Below are positions 48,382 through 60,292 of a DNA stretch of 64,000 nucleotides, one piece after another; the first letter of the stretch is position 1; every line of letters begins with the position of its first letter. The notes under the pieces are model-generated. The model saw only the letters and a program-made list of their open reading frames with translations, did not search any database and was not told the origin of the DNA. The position numbers and the translations under genes were made by a program. Location of the stretch: NCBI GenBank assembly GCA_963763775.1, contig CAVXPZ010000001.1, positions 768,001 through 832,000 on the forward strand. Direction: 5' to 3'. This stretch comes from an uncultured Chloroflexia bacterium. Its GTDB lineage: Bacteria > Chloroflexota > Limnocylindria > Limnocylindrales > CSP1-4.

Positions 48382-49530
48382 ATGACGACGCCGATCGACC
48401 ACACCGACCCGGGCCTCACCGATCTCGGCTGGGACGCCGGCTGGGCCGACGCCTTCGCGCCGTTCGCGGCCACGGGGCGTCGGCCCGCGCGCGTCCTCGC
48501 CGTCCACAAGGAGACCTCGATCGTGGCCGACGCCACCGGTCGCTCCCGGAGTGCGGGCGTCTCGGGACGCTTCCGGTTCGAGGCGCTCGCCTCGTCGGAC
48601 TACCCCTCGGTCGGTGACTGGGTCGCCCTCGAACCGGACGCGGTCGCGGACCATCCCACGGACGGTGACCAGGCCGTGATCGCGGCCGTGCTGCCGCGCC
48701 GTTCCGCGTTCCGGCGCAGCGCCGCCGACGCGAGTCGCCGCACGTCCGGACTCCTCGCCGACGAGCAGGTCATGGCCTCGAACGTGGACCTGGCCTTGCT
48801 CGTGGCCGGCCTCGACGGCGACTTCAACCTCCGTCGGCAGGAGCGCTACCTGGCCGTCGCCTGGTCGAGCGGTGTGACGCCGGTCGTCGTGCTCAACAAG
48901 GCCGACATCGGCCGCGATGTCGAAGGCCGGCGTCTCGCGATCGAGGCCATCGCGCCGGGCGTGCCGATCCTGACGCTCTCGGCCCTGACCGGCGACCACG
49001 TGGCCGACCTGTCGGATCACCTCTGGCCGGGCCGGACCGCCGTCGTGCTCGGGTCGTCCGGCGTCGGGAAGTCGACCCTCGTGAACACGCTGCTCGGCGA
49101 CGCTCGGCAGGCCGTCGCCGCGGTCCGCGACGACGACTCGCGCGGCCGCCACACGACGACGCATCGCGAGCTGTTCCGCCTCCCCGGCGGCGCGCTCCTC
49201 ATCGATACCCCGGGGATCCGCTCGCTGGAGGTCGCCGGTGCGGACGAGGGCGTCGATGCCGCGTTCGAGGACGTGGCGGCGATCGCCGCGGACTGTCGGT
49301 TCAGCGACTGCCGCCATGCCGGCGAGCCCGGGTGCGCGATCCGGGAGGCGCTCGCCGACGGTCGCCTCTCGGAGGAGCGACTGCGCAGCCACGACAAGCT
49401 CGAACGCGAGCTCGCGCACGCCGAGCGCAAGGAGGACCCGCGGGCGCGGGCGGCGCACAAGCGCGAGTGGCGCCTCATCCACAAGGCCGTCAACCAGCAC
49501 ATGGACCGCAAGTACGGAGCCGACCGATGA
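48382..49530 (+). CDS. rsgA: Ribosome small subunit-dependent GTPase RsgA family protein
   Basis: VGDWV, circularly permuted NKAD / GSSGVGKS / GRHTTT / DTPG, zinc finger CRFSDCRHAGEPGC. Confidence 0.94.
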   Translation: MTTPIDHTDPGLTDLGWDAGWADAFAPFAATGRRPARVLAVHKETSIVADATGRSRSAGVSGRFRFEALASSDYPSVGDWVALEPDAVADHPTDGDQAVIAAVLPRRSAFRRSAADASRRTSGLLADEQVMASNVDLALLVAGLDGDFNLRRQERYLAVAWSSGVTPVVVLNKADIGRDVEGRRLAIEAIAPGVPILTLSALTGDHVADLSDHLWPGRTAVVLGSSGVGKSTLVNTLLGDARQAVAAVRDDDSRGRHTTTHRELFRLPGGALLIDTPGIRSLEVAGADEGVDAAFEDVAAIAADCRFSDCRHAGEPGCAIREALADGRLSEERLRSHDKLERELAHAERKEDPRARAAHKREWRLIHKAVNQHMDRKYGADR

Positions 49531-50576
49531 CCACGCCATCGATGGACGAGACCGAGATCGAGGTCCCGGGACGCCCCGACATCCCGGGTCTGCGCTTCCG
49601 CCACTTCCGCGGCCCGTCTGACTACCGGGGCATGGCCGAGGCGAATCAGGCCGCCCGGGACGCTGCAGGCTCGCTGGACGTCGTCAACGAGGCCAGCATG
49701 GCGCTCCAGTACGCCACCCTCGTCAACAGCGACACGCACGACGACCTCCTGATCGTCGAGCTCGACACCACGATCATCGGGTACGCCCGCGTCGAGTGGC
49801 GCGAGGCGATCGAGGGGCCGCGCTACCTCAACGCCATCTGCCTCCTGCACCCCGCCCACCGCCGTCGGGGGATCGGCGGCGCGATGCTGGCCTGGGAGGA
49901 GCGTCGGATGCTCGCGATCGCGGCCTCGCTGCCGGGCGACACGCAAGCCGCGATGCGCGCTTGGACCTGGGACACCGATGCCGGGGCGAGCGCGCTCTTC
50001 GAGCGTCGGGGATGGACGCCGCAGGGGCGCGGCTACGAGATGGTCCGCCCGACCCTCGACGACATCCCCGACGTGCCGCTGCCGGACCACTTCGAGATCC
50101 GCCTCGTCGGGCCGGCCGACGACCGACGCGTGTGGGACGCGTCCGCCGAGGCGTTCCGCGACGAGCGCGGGGAGGGCGCCTGGGACGAGGGAGACTGGCA
50201 GCGCCATATCGGCGACCCGTACCGCGACCCGACGCTCTGGGCCGTCGCGTTCTTCGGCGACGAGGTCGCGGGCGGGGTCCATGGCCGCATCGACCCCGAC
50301 GAGAACGCCCACCTCGGCGTCCAGCAGGGCCTCATCGCGGGCGTCTGGACGCGTCGGCCGTACCGGCGGCGCGGCCTCGCCAGAGCGCTGCTCGCCCGCG
50401 TGCTGGTGCTGCTCCGCGAGCGCGGCATGACCAGCGCGCATCTCGGCGTGGACGGCCTCAACCCGAACCAGGCCCTCGATCTGTACGAGTCCCTGGGCTT
50501 CCGGATCCACACCAGCGAGACCGACTGGGCCAAGCCGGTGCCGCGCGACGCGACGCCCATCGAGGAGGCACCATGA
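49527..50576 (+). CDS. Tandem-domain GNAT acetyltransferase
   Basis: Two acetyl-CoA motifs HPAHRRRGIG and RRPYRRRGLA; LGVDGLNP..ALDLYESLGF; ATGA coupling to rsgA. Confidence 0.88.
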   Translation: MTTPSMDETEIEVPGRPDIPGLRFRHFRGPSDYRGMAEANQAARDAAGSLDVVNEASMALQYATLVNSDTHDDLLIVELDTTIIGYARVEWREAIEGPRYLNAICLLHPAHRRRGIGGAMLAWEERRMLAIAASLPGDTQAAMRAWTWDTDAGASALFERRGWTPQGRGYEMVRPTLDDIPDVPLPDHFEIRLVGPADDRRVWDASAEAFRDERGEGAWDEGDWQRHIGDPYRDPTLWAVAFFGDEVAGGVHGRIDPDENAHLGVQQGLIAGVWTRRPYRRRGLARALLARVLVLLRERGMTSAHLGVDGLNPNQALDLYESLGFRIHTSETDWAKPVPRDATPIEEAP

Positions 50577-51589
50577 CCACCGTGACCGAGACCCGCTGGC
50601 TCGAGCTGCCCGGCATGCCCGCCGTCGACGGGCTCCGCGCCCGGCGCTTCCGCGACGCCGACGACTTCGAGCGCATGGCCGAGGTCATGCGGGCGGCCAA
50701 CCAGCAGGACGACGTCCCATGGATGCCGACCGCGGGCAATCTCGCCGTCGAGATGGCGGGCAACGAGCGCATCGTCCCGGCGGACGACGTGGTCATCGTC
50801 GAGCTCGACGGCCGGGCGGTCGCGATGACCGAGGTCTGGCGGGTCGTGCGCCCCGACCAGGTCGTGTTCGAGGTCATCGGCTTCGTCGCGCCCGACGTCC
50901 GCGGTCGTGGCATCGGCGCGGCGCTGCTCACGGAGAACCTCCGGCGCGCCGAGGAACGGGCGGCGCTCGAACCGGTCGGCACCGCGACCGCGATCCGGGC
51001 CTTCGCCGACCAGGGCGAGGCCGCGAGCCGCCGCCTGCTGGATCGCCGCGGGTTCGTCGCGATCCGGCACTTCTTCCTGATGCGCCGGCCGGACCTCGCG
51101 ACCGTGCCCGAGATGGCCCTGCCCGACGGCCTGGAGCTGCGCCCGATGACGCCCGACCAGCACCGGGCGGTCTTCGACGCCGAGGCGGAGGCGTTCCAGG
51201 ATCACTGGGGGAACCGCGACTGGACCGACGACGACTTCCGCACGACCTACGCCCGCGAGGAGCTCGACACCGACCTGTGGGTCGTCGCCTGGGACGGCGA
51301 CCAGGTGGCCGGCGTCGTCCAGACCTGGATCTGGCCCGAGGAGAACGAGCGGCTCGGCGTCAAGCGAGGCTGGCTCGAGCACATCAGCGTCCGCCGGCCA
51401 TGGCGGCGCCGAGGGCTCGCTCGGGCGATCTCGGCGGCCGCCATGGTCCGCCTGCGGGCGGCCGGGATGGACGAAGCGATGCTCGGCGTCGACTCGGAGA
51501 ACCCGAACGGGGCGCTCGGGCTCTACGAGGGCCTCGGCTTCGAGATCTTCACCCGGGCCGCCGCGTACGAGCTGTCCGAGCGCGCCTAG
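50573..51589 (+). CDS. Tandem-domain GNAT acetyltransferase (paralog)
   Basis: VAPDVRGRGIG, RRPWRRRGLA, LGVDSENPNGALGLYEGLGF; ATGA coupling. Confidence 0.88.
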   Translation: MTTVTETRWLELPGMPAVDGLRARRFRDADDFERMAEVMRAANQQDDVPWMPTAGNLAVEMAGNERIVPADDVVIVELDGRAVAMTEVWRVVRPDQVVFEVIGFVAPDVRGRGIGAALLTENLRRAEERAALEPVGTATAIRAFADQGEAASRRLLDRRGFVAIRHFFLMRRPDLATVPEMALPDGLELRPMTPDQHRAVFDAEAEAFQDHWGNRDWTDDDFRTTYAREELDTDLWVVAWDGDQVAGVVQTWIWPEENERLGVKRGWLEHISVRRPWRRRGLARAISAAAMVRLRAAGMDEAMLGVDSENPNGALGLYEGLGFEIFTRAAAYELSERA

Positions 51590-53386
51590 CGGAGCACGGG
51601 CTCGGTGAACAGGATGCCGCCCGTGCCGAGCTTGCCGGCCAGCACCTGGACCTGGCCGCCGGCGCTGTCGAAGACCGTCACCGAGGCCCCGTTGCCGGGG
51701 AACTCGGAGCCGTCGGCGGCGACGCCGCCCATGGAGGCCGCGTAGACCGACGAGCCGTCCCCGTTGATCGCGATCGACGAGAAGTCCGCCGTCGGCGCCC
51801 AATGGCCGACGGGTGCCAGGGTGTCCGTGTCGAAGGCATAGACGCCGGTCGAGCCGCCCGTCCCGTCCTCGCCGCCGACACCGAGCCCGAAGATCCGGTG
51901 CGTGTCCTGATGCGCCACGACGCCAGGCTCGATGAGGACCTTGGCCAGGGCCGTCGGGGCGAGCAGGCGCCCGACCTGGCGACCGAGCCCGGCGAGCCGG
52001 TCGATCACCCCGTCCGGGGCCGCCGCCGCCTCGCCCTGGCCCGACGTGACCTCGCCCGGTCCCGAGGTCCACCCGGGTCATCGATCGCGACAACGGACTC
52101 CAGATGAAGAGCGCATCGTCCGTCCGGGTGGTCAGCGCGAGGCCGTCCGTGTTGACGGTCGGCGGCAGCTCGGTGGTGCCGAGCACATTGCCGGACGTGG
52201 TGATCCGGCTCAACTCCCACCGGTTCCCGATCGTCCGACAGTACGTGTAGTAGCTCGTCGCGTCGATCAGGCCCGCGTCGAACTCGGTACATGCGGTCGC
52301 GGTCTGGGCGGGGCGGGTCGACGCGGAAGGGATCGCGGCGAACGTGGCGATGGTCCCGTCCTGGAACGGCGCCACCCAGTGGTCCGTCCCGGTCGGCGGC
52401 GACGCGGTATTCGGATCGTCGAGGTACCAGAAGCTCGTGAGCATGAGGGCATCGCCACGCGGCGACAGCGAGGCGGTCGGCGCGACGCGCACGCGCGCGC
52501 GTCCGTCCTGCACCATCGGCTCCGACAGCGTGACCGACGCGGAGTCCACGACCGCGAGCGTCGCCAGGTCGAGCGTGTCGACGCCGATGACCCAACCCGC
52601 CGCACCGTGCCGCTCGCTCCAGCCGATGAGGGCATAGCGGCCGTCCGGGGACGCGACGATCGTCGCGTCGACCAGCTGCGGCTGATCGGCAGCAGGCGCC
52701 GTGGGGTCGTACGTGCCGGAGAGTTCCTTCAGGGTCTGTGTCGCGCCGGCCGTGCCGTCGGCCCCGACGGGCTGCAGGTCCAGCCGGAGGCCGTTCGGGC
52801 TGCCGGCCGCCATCTGCGTCCAGGTGCCGCAGATGCACACCCAGCCGCCACCCGGGCGAGCGTACACGGCACCGGGCCCGGTCCGCGGCTCGATGACGGG
52901 CGACCCCAGGACGCCGGTCGAGAGGTCGGCCAGCTGATAGCCATTCTCGGTCTGGAGCATCACGGTCGAGGGCGTCGGCAGTGCGCCGTTGCGGACGAGC
53001 TGCGGCAGCGGCGACCCAGTGGGCAGGCCGCTCGCCGACGGGACGGCGGTCGCCGATGCCGAGGCGCTCGGGGAGGCCCCGACAGCACCCTGGTCGCGGC
53101 GCGGCGCGGTGAGCCAGACGGCACCGAAGGAGAGGATGACCGTGGCCGCGACCGCCACGGCGGCCGCCCCGAAGAGGCGCCGCGTCCAGTGCACGCCGCG
53201 ACCACCGCCACCCGAGCCGCGGACCCGGCCGACGCGGTCGCGCCACGTCACCTCGTCCAGGCGTTGCGGTGGCAGCCGCCAGTCGTCCGCGACGTCGCGG
53301 ACGATCGCCGCGAGCGCGGCGTCGTCGATCGGCTCGGGCGGCGCGCTCGTGTCGCGGTCCGGATCCATCGGGACACCTCGGGTCAT
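51586..53386 (-). CDS. Putative anti-sigma/membrane sensor with extracellular beta-rich domain, frameshift near 52060
   Basis: Coupled to an ECF sigma gene; short cytoplasmic N-terminus, one TM, Ser/Pro linker, propeller-like SPDGRY and INGDGSSVY repeats. Confidence 0.6.
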
Positions 53387-53952
53387 CGGACGGCTCGCTT
53401 CGGGGTCGGGCGCTCGGCGGCGACGGACGGGTCCGTGGCGAGTCGATCGCGGAGGGCCGCGTGGGCGCGGCTCAGGATGGAGCCGACATTCCCCGGACTG
53501 GTCCCGAGGAACCCGGCGATCTCGCTGTAGTCGTAGCCGTAGTAGTGGCGGAGGACGAGGGCGGCCCGGACATCGGGCTTCAGGTCGGCCATCGCACGCT
53601 CGACAAGGTCGCGGTCCGCGACCCCACGCGACGGGTCGGCCCCGAACCTGCCTGCCCCACCGGCCGACACCGAGCCGACCTGGGCGACCTGCGGCACCGC
53701 GAGACGGCGGACTCGCCGTCGTCGGAGGTCGTCGAGCGCGGCGTGGCTGACGATCCCGTGGAGCCAGGCCCGGAGCGAGCGGTGGCTGTCGTACTGGTCC
53801 CAGCGCTCGAACGCGCGGGCGAAGGTGTCGTGCGTGGCGTCCACCGCGGCCTCCGTGTCCCGCAGGATCGCGTACGCCACCCGGTAGACGTCATCCGCAT
53901 GGTCGCGGTACGCCCGGTCGACGGCCTCTCGGCGCAGTTCCTGGTCGGTCAC
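53383..53952 (-). CDS. ECF-family RNA polymerase sigma factor
   Basis: VYRVAYAILRD..AAVDATHDTF, LRAWLHGIV, LRHYYGYDYSEIAGFLG..PGNVGSILSRA. Confidence 0.92.
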   Translation of the reverse strand: MTDQELRREAVDRAYRDHADDVYRVAYAILRDTEAAVDATHDTFARAFERWDQYDSHRSLRAWLHGIVSHAALDDLRRRRVRRLAVPQVAQVGSVSAGGAGRFGADPSRGVADRDLVERAMADLKPDVRAALVLRHYYGYDYSEIAGFLGTSPGNVGSILSRAHAALRDRLATDPSVAAERPTPKRAVR

Positions 53953-54010
53953 GGCATCTCTACGCGCCGGCGCGTCGGAACCTTGCATGGCGGCCGCGGC
54001 CCACCCGCGC

Positions 54011-54649
54011 TCACGCGAACAATCGGCCGCCGTCGCGTACCAGTTCGAGCCAGGCTCGTTCGCGGCCGATCGTCGTCGCGGAGCCATGGCCGGGAAAGAC
54101 CGCGACGTGGTCCTCCAGGCCGGTCAGCCGCGCCAGGGACGCGACCATCGCGTCAGGGTCGCCGCCGGGGAGGTCGACCCGGCCCCAGCCGCCGGCGAAC
54201 AGGGTGTCGCCGCTGTAGAGCAGCCCGTCCTCCTCCGCGAGGAGGCAGACCGAGCCCTCGGTATGGCCCGGCGTGTGCAGGACGCGGAGACGGATCGAGC
54301 CGAACCGCACGAGTCCTCCCTCGGCGAGCTCGACCGCCGGGACCGACGGCGGGATCTCGAACGGCGCCCACAGCGGCTGCGGGTCGGTCAGGCGCTCGCG
54401 ATCGAGCGGATGGACCGCGATCTCCGCGCCGGTGTGCGACGCCACCGCCGCGTTGTCCCCGATGTGGTCCCAATGGCCGTGGGTCGAGACGATGAGTTTC
54501 AGGGTCCAGGCGCGGGCCGCGAGCTCGTCGGCGATCCAGGCGAGGGATGGCGTCGCGGTATCGAGCGCGATCGCTTCCCCGGTCACCGGGTCGGCGAGGA
54601 TGTGGACGTTCGTCCCGATCGGGCCGACGACCCGGCTCAGCCGCTCCAT
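54011..54649 (-). CDS. MBL-fold metallohydrolase (glyoxalase II/YcbL-like)
   Basis: THGHWDHIG, HTPGHTEGS, SGDTLFAGGWGRVDLPGG, PGHG. Confidence 0.9.
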   Translation of the reverse strand: MERLSRVVGPIGTNVHILADPVTGEAIALDTATPSLAWIADELAARAWTLKLIVSTHGHWDHIGDNAAVASHTGAEIAVHPLDRERLTDPQPLWAPFEIPPSVPAVELAEGGLVRFGSIRLRVLHTPGHTEGSVCLLAEEDGLLYSGDTLFAGGWGRVDLPGGDPDAMVASLARLTGLEDHVAVFPGHGSATTIGRERAWLELVRDGGRLFA

Positions 54650-54697
54650 CCGCGGAGTCTGGCAGGTCAGCCGCCTTGAGGACCGCCGCGACGACCG

Positions 54698-55144
54698 TCA
54701 GTCGGCGCCCTCGAGCTTCTGCCGCATGCAGTCGAAGGTCTGGCCGATCATCTTGTTCGCGGTGCCCTCGATCAGGCGCGCGCCGACGCTCGCCAGCGTG
54801 CCCGAGAGGTTGACCTCGGCGTTCCAGTCCATGACGGTCGTCCCGTCCGGCCCGTCGGAGAGGGCCATCTGGGCGTCGGCGTCGACCGCGCTGCCGGGCG
54901 CCTGGCCGTGGGCCTTGATGACCGCCTTGTCCGGCGCCACGAGCTCCGCGAAGGTCATGTCGACGTTGAACCGCGCGCTGATGAACCCGATGCCGACCTT
55001 GGCCAGGACCTTGAAATGCGTGTCATCGACGACGTCGATCTTCTCCACGCCCGGGCCGCACTGGCCGACCTGGTTCGGGTCGATGACGAAGGCCCAGACC
55101 TTCTCGCGGCTGGCCTTGATCGGAACGGAGCCTTCGAAATGCAT
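54698..55144 (-). CDS. coxG: Carbon monoxide dehydrogenase subunit G (SRPBCC fold)
   Basis: VWAFVIDP..VGQCGPG, LSGTLASVGARLI; last gene of the cox operon. Confidence 0.88.
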   Translation of the reverse strand: MHFEGSVPIKASREKVWAFVIDPNQVGQCGPGVEKIDVVDDTHFKVLAKVGIGFISARFNVDMTFAELVAPDKAVIKAHGQAPGSAVDADAQMALSDGPDGTTVMDWNAEVNLSGTLASVGARLIEGTANKMIGQTFDCMRQKLEGAD

Positions 55145-55187
55145 GCAGCGCCTCCGGGCGAGGTTTCGGGGTGGGCGAGGGCGCCGG

Positions 55188-56225
55188 TCAGTCCGACGCG
55201 GGGATCGATGCCGGCACGTAGGCCGACGGCTCGCGGATGAAGCGAGTCCGACAGCCGATCGAGCAGAACGCGTACACGACCCCGTCGTGCTCGGCGAGGT
55301 GCCGGGCATGGGCGCGATCCACGGTCATGCCGCAGACCGGGTCCAGCAGCACGATGTCGTCGACCACCGGCTGGAGCTCGATCGGTTCGACCGGCGCGCC
55401 CGCCATGGTCGCCGGTCCGGGCGACGCGACGAAGTCGGCCCGGCCGCGTCGGACCTGGACCAGCTCCGCGAGGATCGAGAGGGCGACCTCCTCGGCCCCT
55501 TCCGCGCCGATGTCCATGCCCGCCGGTGCTCGAAGCGCGGCGAGGCGCTCCTCGGCGATGCCCGCGTCGTCGCGCAACCATGACCGGACGACGTTGGCCC
55601 GCGTCGGGGAGGCCACGAGCCCGACGTAGGAAGCGTCCCGCGCGAGGGCCGCGGCCGTGGCCTCCTCGTCCCATACCCCCTGGGTCGCGACGATCACGTA
55701 CGGCGCCAGCTCCGGATCGAGGCGTTTGAGGTCGGCCGTCGCGAGCACACGCTCGGCAGACGGGAACGCGTCGGCGTCGGCGATCGGGTCGATGACCGTC
55801 ACGCGCCAGCCGGCCGCGGCGCCGAGGGCGACGAGCGCCCCGGCGATCGGGGTCGTCCCGGCGACCCACAGGACGGGAGCGGGAAGTCGCGGTTCCACGT
55901 AGATCTCCAGGGTCCCACCGGAGTGGCAGGTCATGACGAGCTCGATGACGCCGTCACCTCGCCGGCCTTCGGCCGGGGCGTCCTTCGAGAGGCGAAGCAG
56001 TCGGGGCTGGCCGTCCACGAGCGCCCGCAGGGCTTCGCGGACGACCACGGGCTGGGCGCAGCTCCCGCCGACCCAGCCCTCGATCGTGCCGTCGGGATGG
56101 ACGATGCCGCTCGCCCCGGGGCGCGCCGAGGTCGGCCGCTGGACCGCCACGACCGTGGCGACCGCGAACGGCCGACCCGCCGCCTCGAGCTCGGCGGCGC
56201 GCGCGAAGATCGATCGACCGGTCAT
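55188..56225 (-). CDS. coxF: XdhC/CoxF-family maturation factor with C-terminal YHS domain
   Basis: GWVGGSCAQP, MTCHSGGTLEIYVEP, APAGMDIGA..EEVALSILAE; DPVCGMTV...YAFCSIGC. Confidence 0.88.
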   Translation of the reverse strand: MTGRSIFARAAELEAAGRPFAVATVVAVQRPTSARPGASGIVHPDGTIEGWVGGSCAQPVVVREALRALVDGQPRLLRLSKDAPAEGRRGDGVIELVMTCHSGGTLEIYVEPRLPAPVLWVAGTTPIAGALVALGAAAGWRVTVIDPIADADAFPSAERVLATADLKRLDPELAPYVIVATQGVWDEEATAAALARDASYVGLVASPTRANVVRSWLRDDAGIAEERLAALRAPAGMDIGAEGAEEVALSILAELVQVRRGRADFVASPGPATMAGAPVEPIELQPVVDDIVLLDPVCGMTVDRAHARHLAEHDGVVYAFCSIGCRTRFIREPSAYVPASIPASD

Positions 56226-56252
56226 CGCGCGCGGATCAGCGGCGACCGGTGC

Positions 56253-58637
56253 TCACGAGATCCCCTTCTCGTGCAGGATCGCCCACACCTTCTGCGGCGT
56301 GATCGGGATGTCGATGTTGCGGACGCCGAGGTGCCACATCGCGTCGACGACCGCGTTGGCGATGGCCGGCGGGGCGCCGACCGTGGCCGACTCCCCGACG
56401 CCCTTGGCGCCGATCGGGTGGTGCGGCGAGGGAGTGATGGTCTTGCCCGTCTCCCAGGCCGGCGTCTCGACGGCCGTCGGGAGGAGGTAGTCCATGAACG
56501 TCCCGGCCATGTTGTTGCCGAGCTCGTCGTAGGTGATCTGCTCGTACAGCGCCGGCGCGAGACCCATGGTCAGGCCGCCGTGGATCTGCCCGTCGACGAT
56601 CATCGGGTTGATGATGTTGCCGCAGTCGTCCACGGCGACGAACCGACGGACGTGCACCTGGCCGGTGCCCTTGTCGATGTCGACGACGCAGATGTAGCTG
56701 CCGAAGGGGAACGTCAGGTTCGGCGGGTCGTAGTAGTCGACCGCCTCCAGGCCCGCCTCCATCCCGGCGGGATGGTTCGTGTAGGCCGCAAAGGCGATCT
56801 CCTGGATGGTCTTGAAGCGGTCGGGCGAGCCCTTGACGCTGAACTTGCCGGGCTCCCACTCGAGGTCGTCCTCGTTGGCTTCCAGCAGGTGGGCGGCGAT
56901 CTTGCGGGCCTTGTCGCGGATCTTGCGGGCAGCGACCGCCGTGGCGGCGCCGGCGACCGGGGTGGAGCGCGACGCGTACGTGCCGAGCCCGTACGGCGCG
57001 GTGTCCGTGTCGCCTTCCTCGATCTTGATGTCCGCGACCGGGAAGCCGAGCTCCTCGGCGATGATCTGGGCGAACGTGGTCTCGTGACCCTGGCCCTGCG
57101 ACTGGACGCCGAGCCGGGCGAGCACCTTGCCGGTCGGATGGACGCGGATCTCGCAGCTGTCGAACATCTTGATGCCCAGGATGTCGAAGTCGTGCGACGG
57201 GCCGGCGCCCACGATCTCGGTGAAGCTGCTGATGCCGATGCCCATGAGCTCGCCACGGGCGCGCTTCTCCGCCTGCTCCTTGCGGAGCCCGGCGTAGTCG
57301 ATCATGTCCATGGCCTTCTGGAGGGCCGCCGGGTAGTTCCCGGAGTCGTACGACCACCCCGTGGGCGTCTGATACGGGAACTGGTCGGGCTGGATGAAGT
57401 TCTCCATCCGGAGCTGCGCCGGGTCCTTGCCGATCTCGTGGGCGAGGATGTCGACCATCCGCTCGATGGCGTGGACGGCCTCGGTCACGCGGAAGGAGCA
57501 GCGATAGGCCACGCCTCCGGGCGGCTTGTTCGTGTAGACGCCGTCGACCTCGACGAAGGCGTTCGCGAAGTCGTAGGAGCCGGTGATGACGTTGAACAGG
57601 CCGGCCGGGAACTTGGACGGGTCGGCGGCCGCGTCCGTGTAGCCGTGATCGGCGAGGGTCTTGACCTTGAGGCTCGTGATCCGGCCGTCCTTGGTCGCGC
57701 CCATCTCCGCGTGGATGTGATAGTCGCGAGCGAACGAGTCCGCCTGGAGGTTCTCCGAGCGGTCCTCGATCCACTTCACGGGCTTGCCGATGAGGAAGGA
57801 CGCCGCGACCGCCAGCACGTAGCCCGGGTAGACCGGGACCTTGCCGCCGAACCCGCCGCCGATGTCGTGGGTCTTGACGCGGATGTTCTGCTCGCTGATC
57901 GGCAGGCCGGCTCCGGCGGCCACGAGCGCGATCACCGTCCGGATCGCGTGCGGTGCCTGGGTCGTCATGTGCAGGGTGAGCTGCTGGCGGATCGGGTCCC
58001 AATCGGCCACGCAGCCACAGGTCTCGATCGAGGCGACGTGGATCCGCGGGATGTAGATGTCCTCGGACACCCGTACCTCGGCGCCGGCCATGGCCGTGTC
58101 GGTCGCGGCCTCGTCGCCGGACTCCCAGTGCCAGATGTGGTTGTTCGCCTTGTCCGGGCCGCGGTCCGGCCGGAGGACGAAGGCGTCGGGCTCCATCGCC
58201 TTGTGCGGGTCGATGACGACCGGCAGCGGCTCGTAGTCGACGAGGACCGCCGCGACGCCGTCGGCCGCCGCGTAGCGCGAGGTCGCGATGACCGCCGCGA
58301 CTTCCTGCGACTGGTACATGACCGTATCGGTCGGCAGCACCATCTGCATGTCGCCGGCCAGGGTCGGCATCCAGTGGAGCTTGTAGCCCTCGAGGGCCTT
58401 GCCATCGATGACGGCGAGGACGCCCGGGACCTTCATCGCCTCGGATGTGTCGATGCCCTTGATCGTGGCGTGGGCATACGGGCTGCGGACGATGTCGAGC
58501 CAGAGCTGACCCGGCAGATTGACGTCGTCGATGTACTCGCCGGCGCCGCGGATGAACCGCGGGTCCTCCTTGCGCTTGACCGAGTGGCCCATGCCCCCGA
58601 TCTCGGCACTGGTGCGGGGCTCCGCTTCGGTGGTCAT
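56253..58637 (-). CDS. coxL: Aerobic carbon monoxide dehydrogenase large subunit, form I
   Basis: Active-site loop VAYRCSFR (form I signature), [30 protein letters not shown]. Confidence 0.97.
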   Translation of the reverse strand: MTTEAEPRTSAEIGGMGHSVKRKEDPRFIRGAGEYIDDVNLPGQLWLDIVRSPYAHATIKGIDTSEAMKVPGVLAVIDGKALEGYKLHWMPTLAGDMQMVLPTDTVMYQSQEVAAVIATSRYAAADGVAAVLVDYEPLPVVIDPHKAMEPDAFVLRPDRGPDKANNHIWHWESGDEAATDTAMAGAEVRVSEDIYIPRIHVASIETCGCVADWDPIRQQLTLHMTTQAPHAIRTVIALVAAGAGLPISEQNIRVKTHDIGGGFGGKVPVYPGYVLAVAASFLIGKPVKWIEDRSENLQADSFARDYHIHAEMGATKDGRITSLKVKTLADHGYTDAAADPSKFPAGLFNVITGSYDFANAFVEVDGVYTNKPPGGVAYRCSFRVTEAVHAIERMVDILAHEIGKDPAQLRMENFIQPDQFPYQTPTGWSYDSGNYPAALQKAMDMIDYAGLRKEQAEKRARGELMGIGISSFTEIVGAGPSHDFDILGIKMFDSCEIRVHPTGKVLARLGVQSQGQGHETTFAQIIAEELGFPVADIKIEEGDTDTAPYGLGTYASRSTPVAGAATAVAARKIRDKARKIAAHLLEANEDDLEWEPGKFSVKGSPDRFKTIQEIAFAAYTNHPAGMEAGLEAVDYYDPPNLTFPFGSYICVVDIDKGTGQVHVRRFVAVDDCGNIINPMIVDGQIHGGLTMGLAPALYEQITYDELGNNMAGTFMDYLLPTAVETPAWETGKTITPSPHHPIGAKGVGESATVGAPPAIANAVVDAMWHLGVRNIDIPITPQKVWAILHEKGIS

Positions 58638-58652
58638 CTCGTCACTCCCCGC

Positions 58653-59168
58653 TCAACCGGCCGCGACCGGCGTGGCGCCGGCCTGGGTGTCCGCGGCGGC
58701 TGCCATCTCGGCGGCCGCCTGCTCGATGGCCTTGACGATGTTCACGTACCCCGTACAGCGGCACAGGTTGCCGCTGATGCCCCATCGGATCTCCTCCTCG
58801 GTGGGGTCCGGGTTCTCGCCGAGCAGCCACGCGGCCTGCATGATCATGCCCGGCGTGCAGAAGCCGCACTGGAGGCCGTGCTGGTCCCAGAAGGCCTGCT
58901 GGAGCGGATGGAGCGTCGCCCCGTCCGCCATCCCCTCGATGGTCTTGATGCTCCGGCCGTCGGCCTGGACCGCCAGCATCGTGCACGACTTGGCGCTCTC
59001 GCCGTCCACGTGGACGGTGCAGGCGCCGCAGTTGCTCGTGTCGCAGCCGACGTGCGTGCCGGTCAGCCCGAGCGAGTCGCGCAGGAAGTGGACGAGCAGG
59101 AGCCGCGGCTCGACATCGGCTTCGTGGGCCGCGCCGTTGACGGTGACCGAGATGTGCTGGGTGGTCAT
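58653..59168 (-). CDS. coxS: CO dehydrogenase small (2Fe-2S) subunit
   Basis: [28 protein letters not shown]. Confidence 0.96.
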   Translation of the reverse strand: MTTQHISVTVNGAAHEADVEPRLLLVHFLRDSLGLTGTHVGCDTSNCGACTVHVDGESAKSCTMLAVQADGRSIKTIEGMADGATLHPLQQAFWDQHGLQCGFCTPGMIMQAAWLLGENPDPTEEEIRWGISGNLCRCTGYVNIVKAIEQAAAEMAAAADTQAGATPVAAG

Positions 59169-59184
59169 CGTGGTCGCTGGCCTC

Positions 59185-60060
<876 letters not shown>

Positions 60061-60292
60061 CGCGCCGCTACCCTCCTCCCCGCTCGCGCGGGGGCGATAC
60101 GGTCGACCCGTCCGGCCCCGGACGGGCGCAGAGCTGTTGGCGACGTTCGCGGACCGGCGGGATCGGCTCGTCGCGTTCGAGTCGACGTGGTCACCGGGTT
60201 GCGGGGACGTTACCGCGGAGTATCGCGCCGGGGTCGTTCGCACGTCAACGTAGACCAGCGGTGCGGCCTTGCGCGGCGACCATCGGGGCGCG

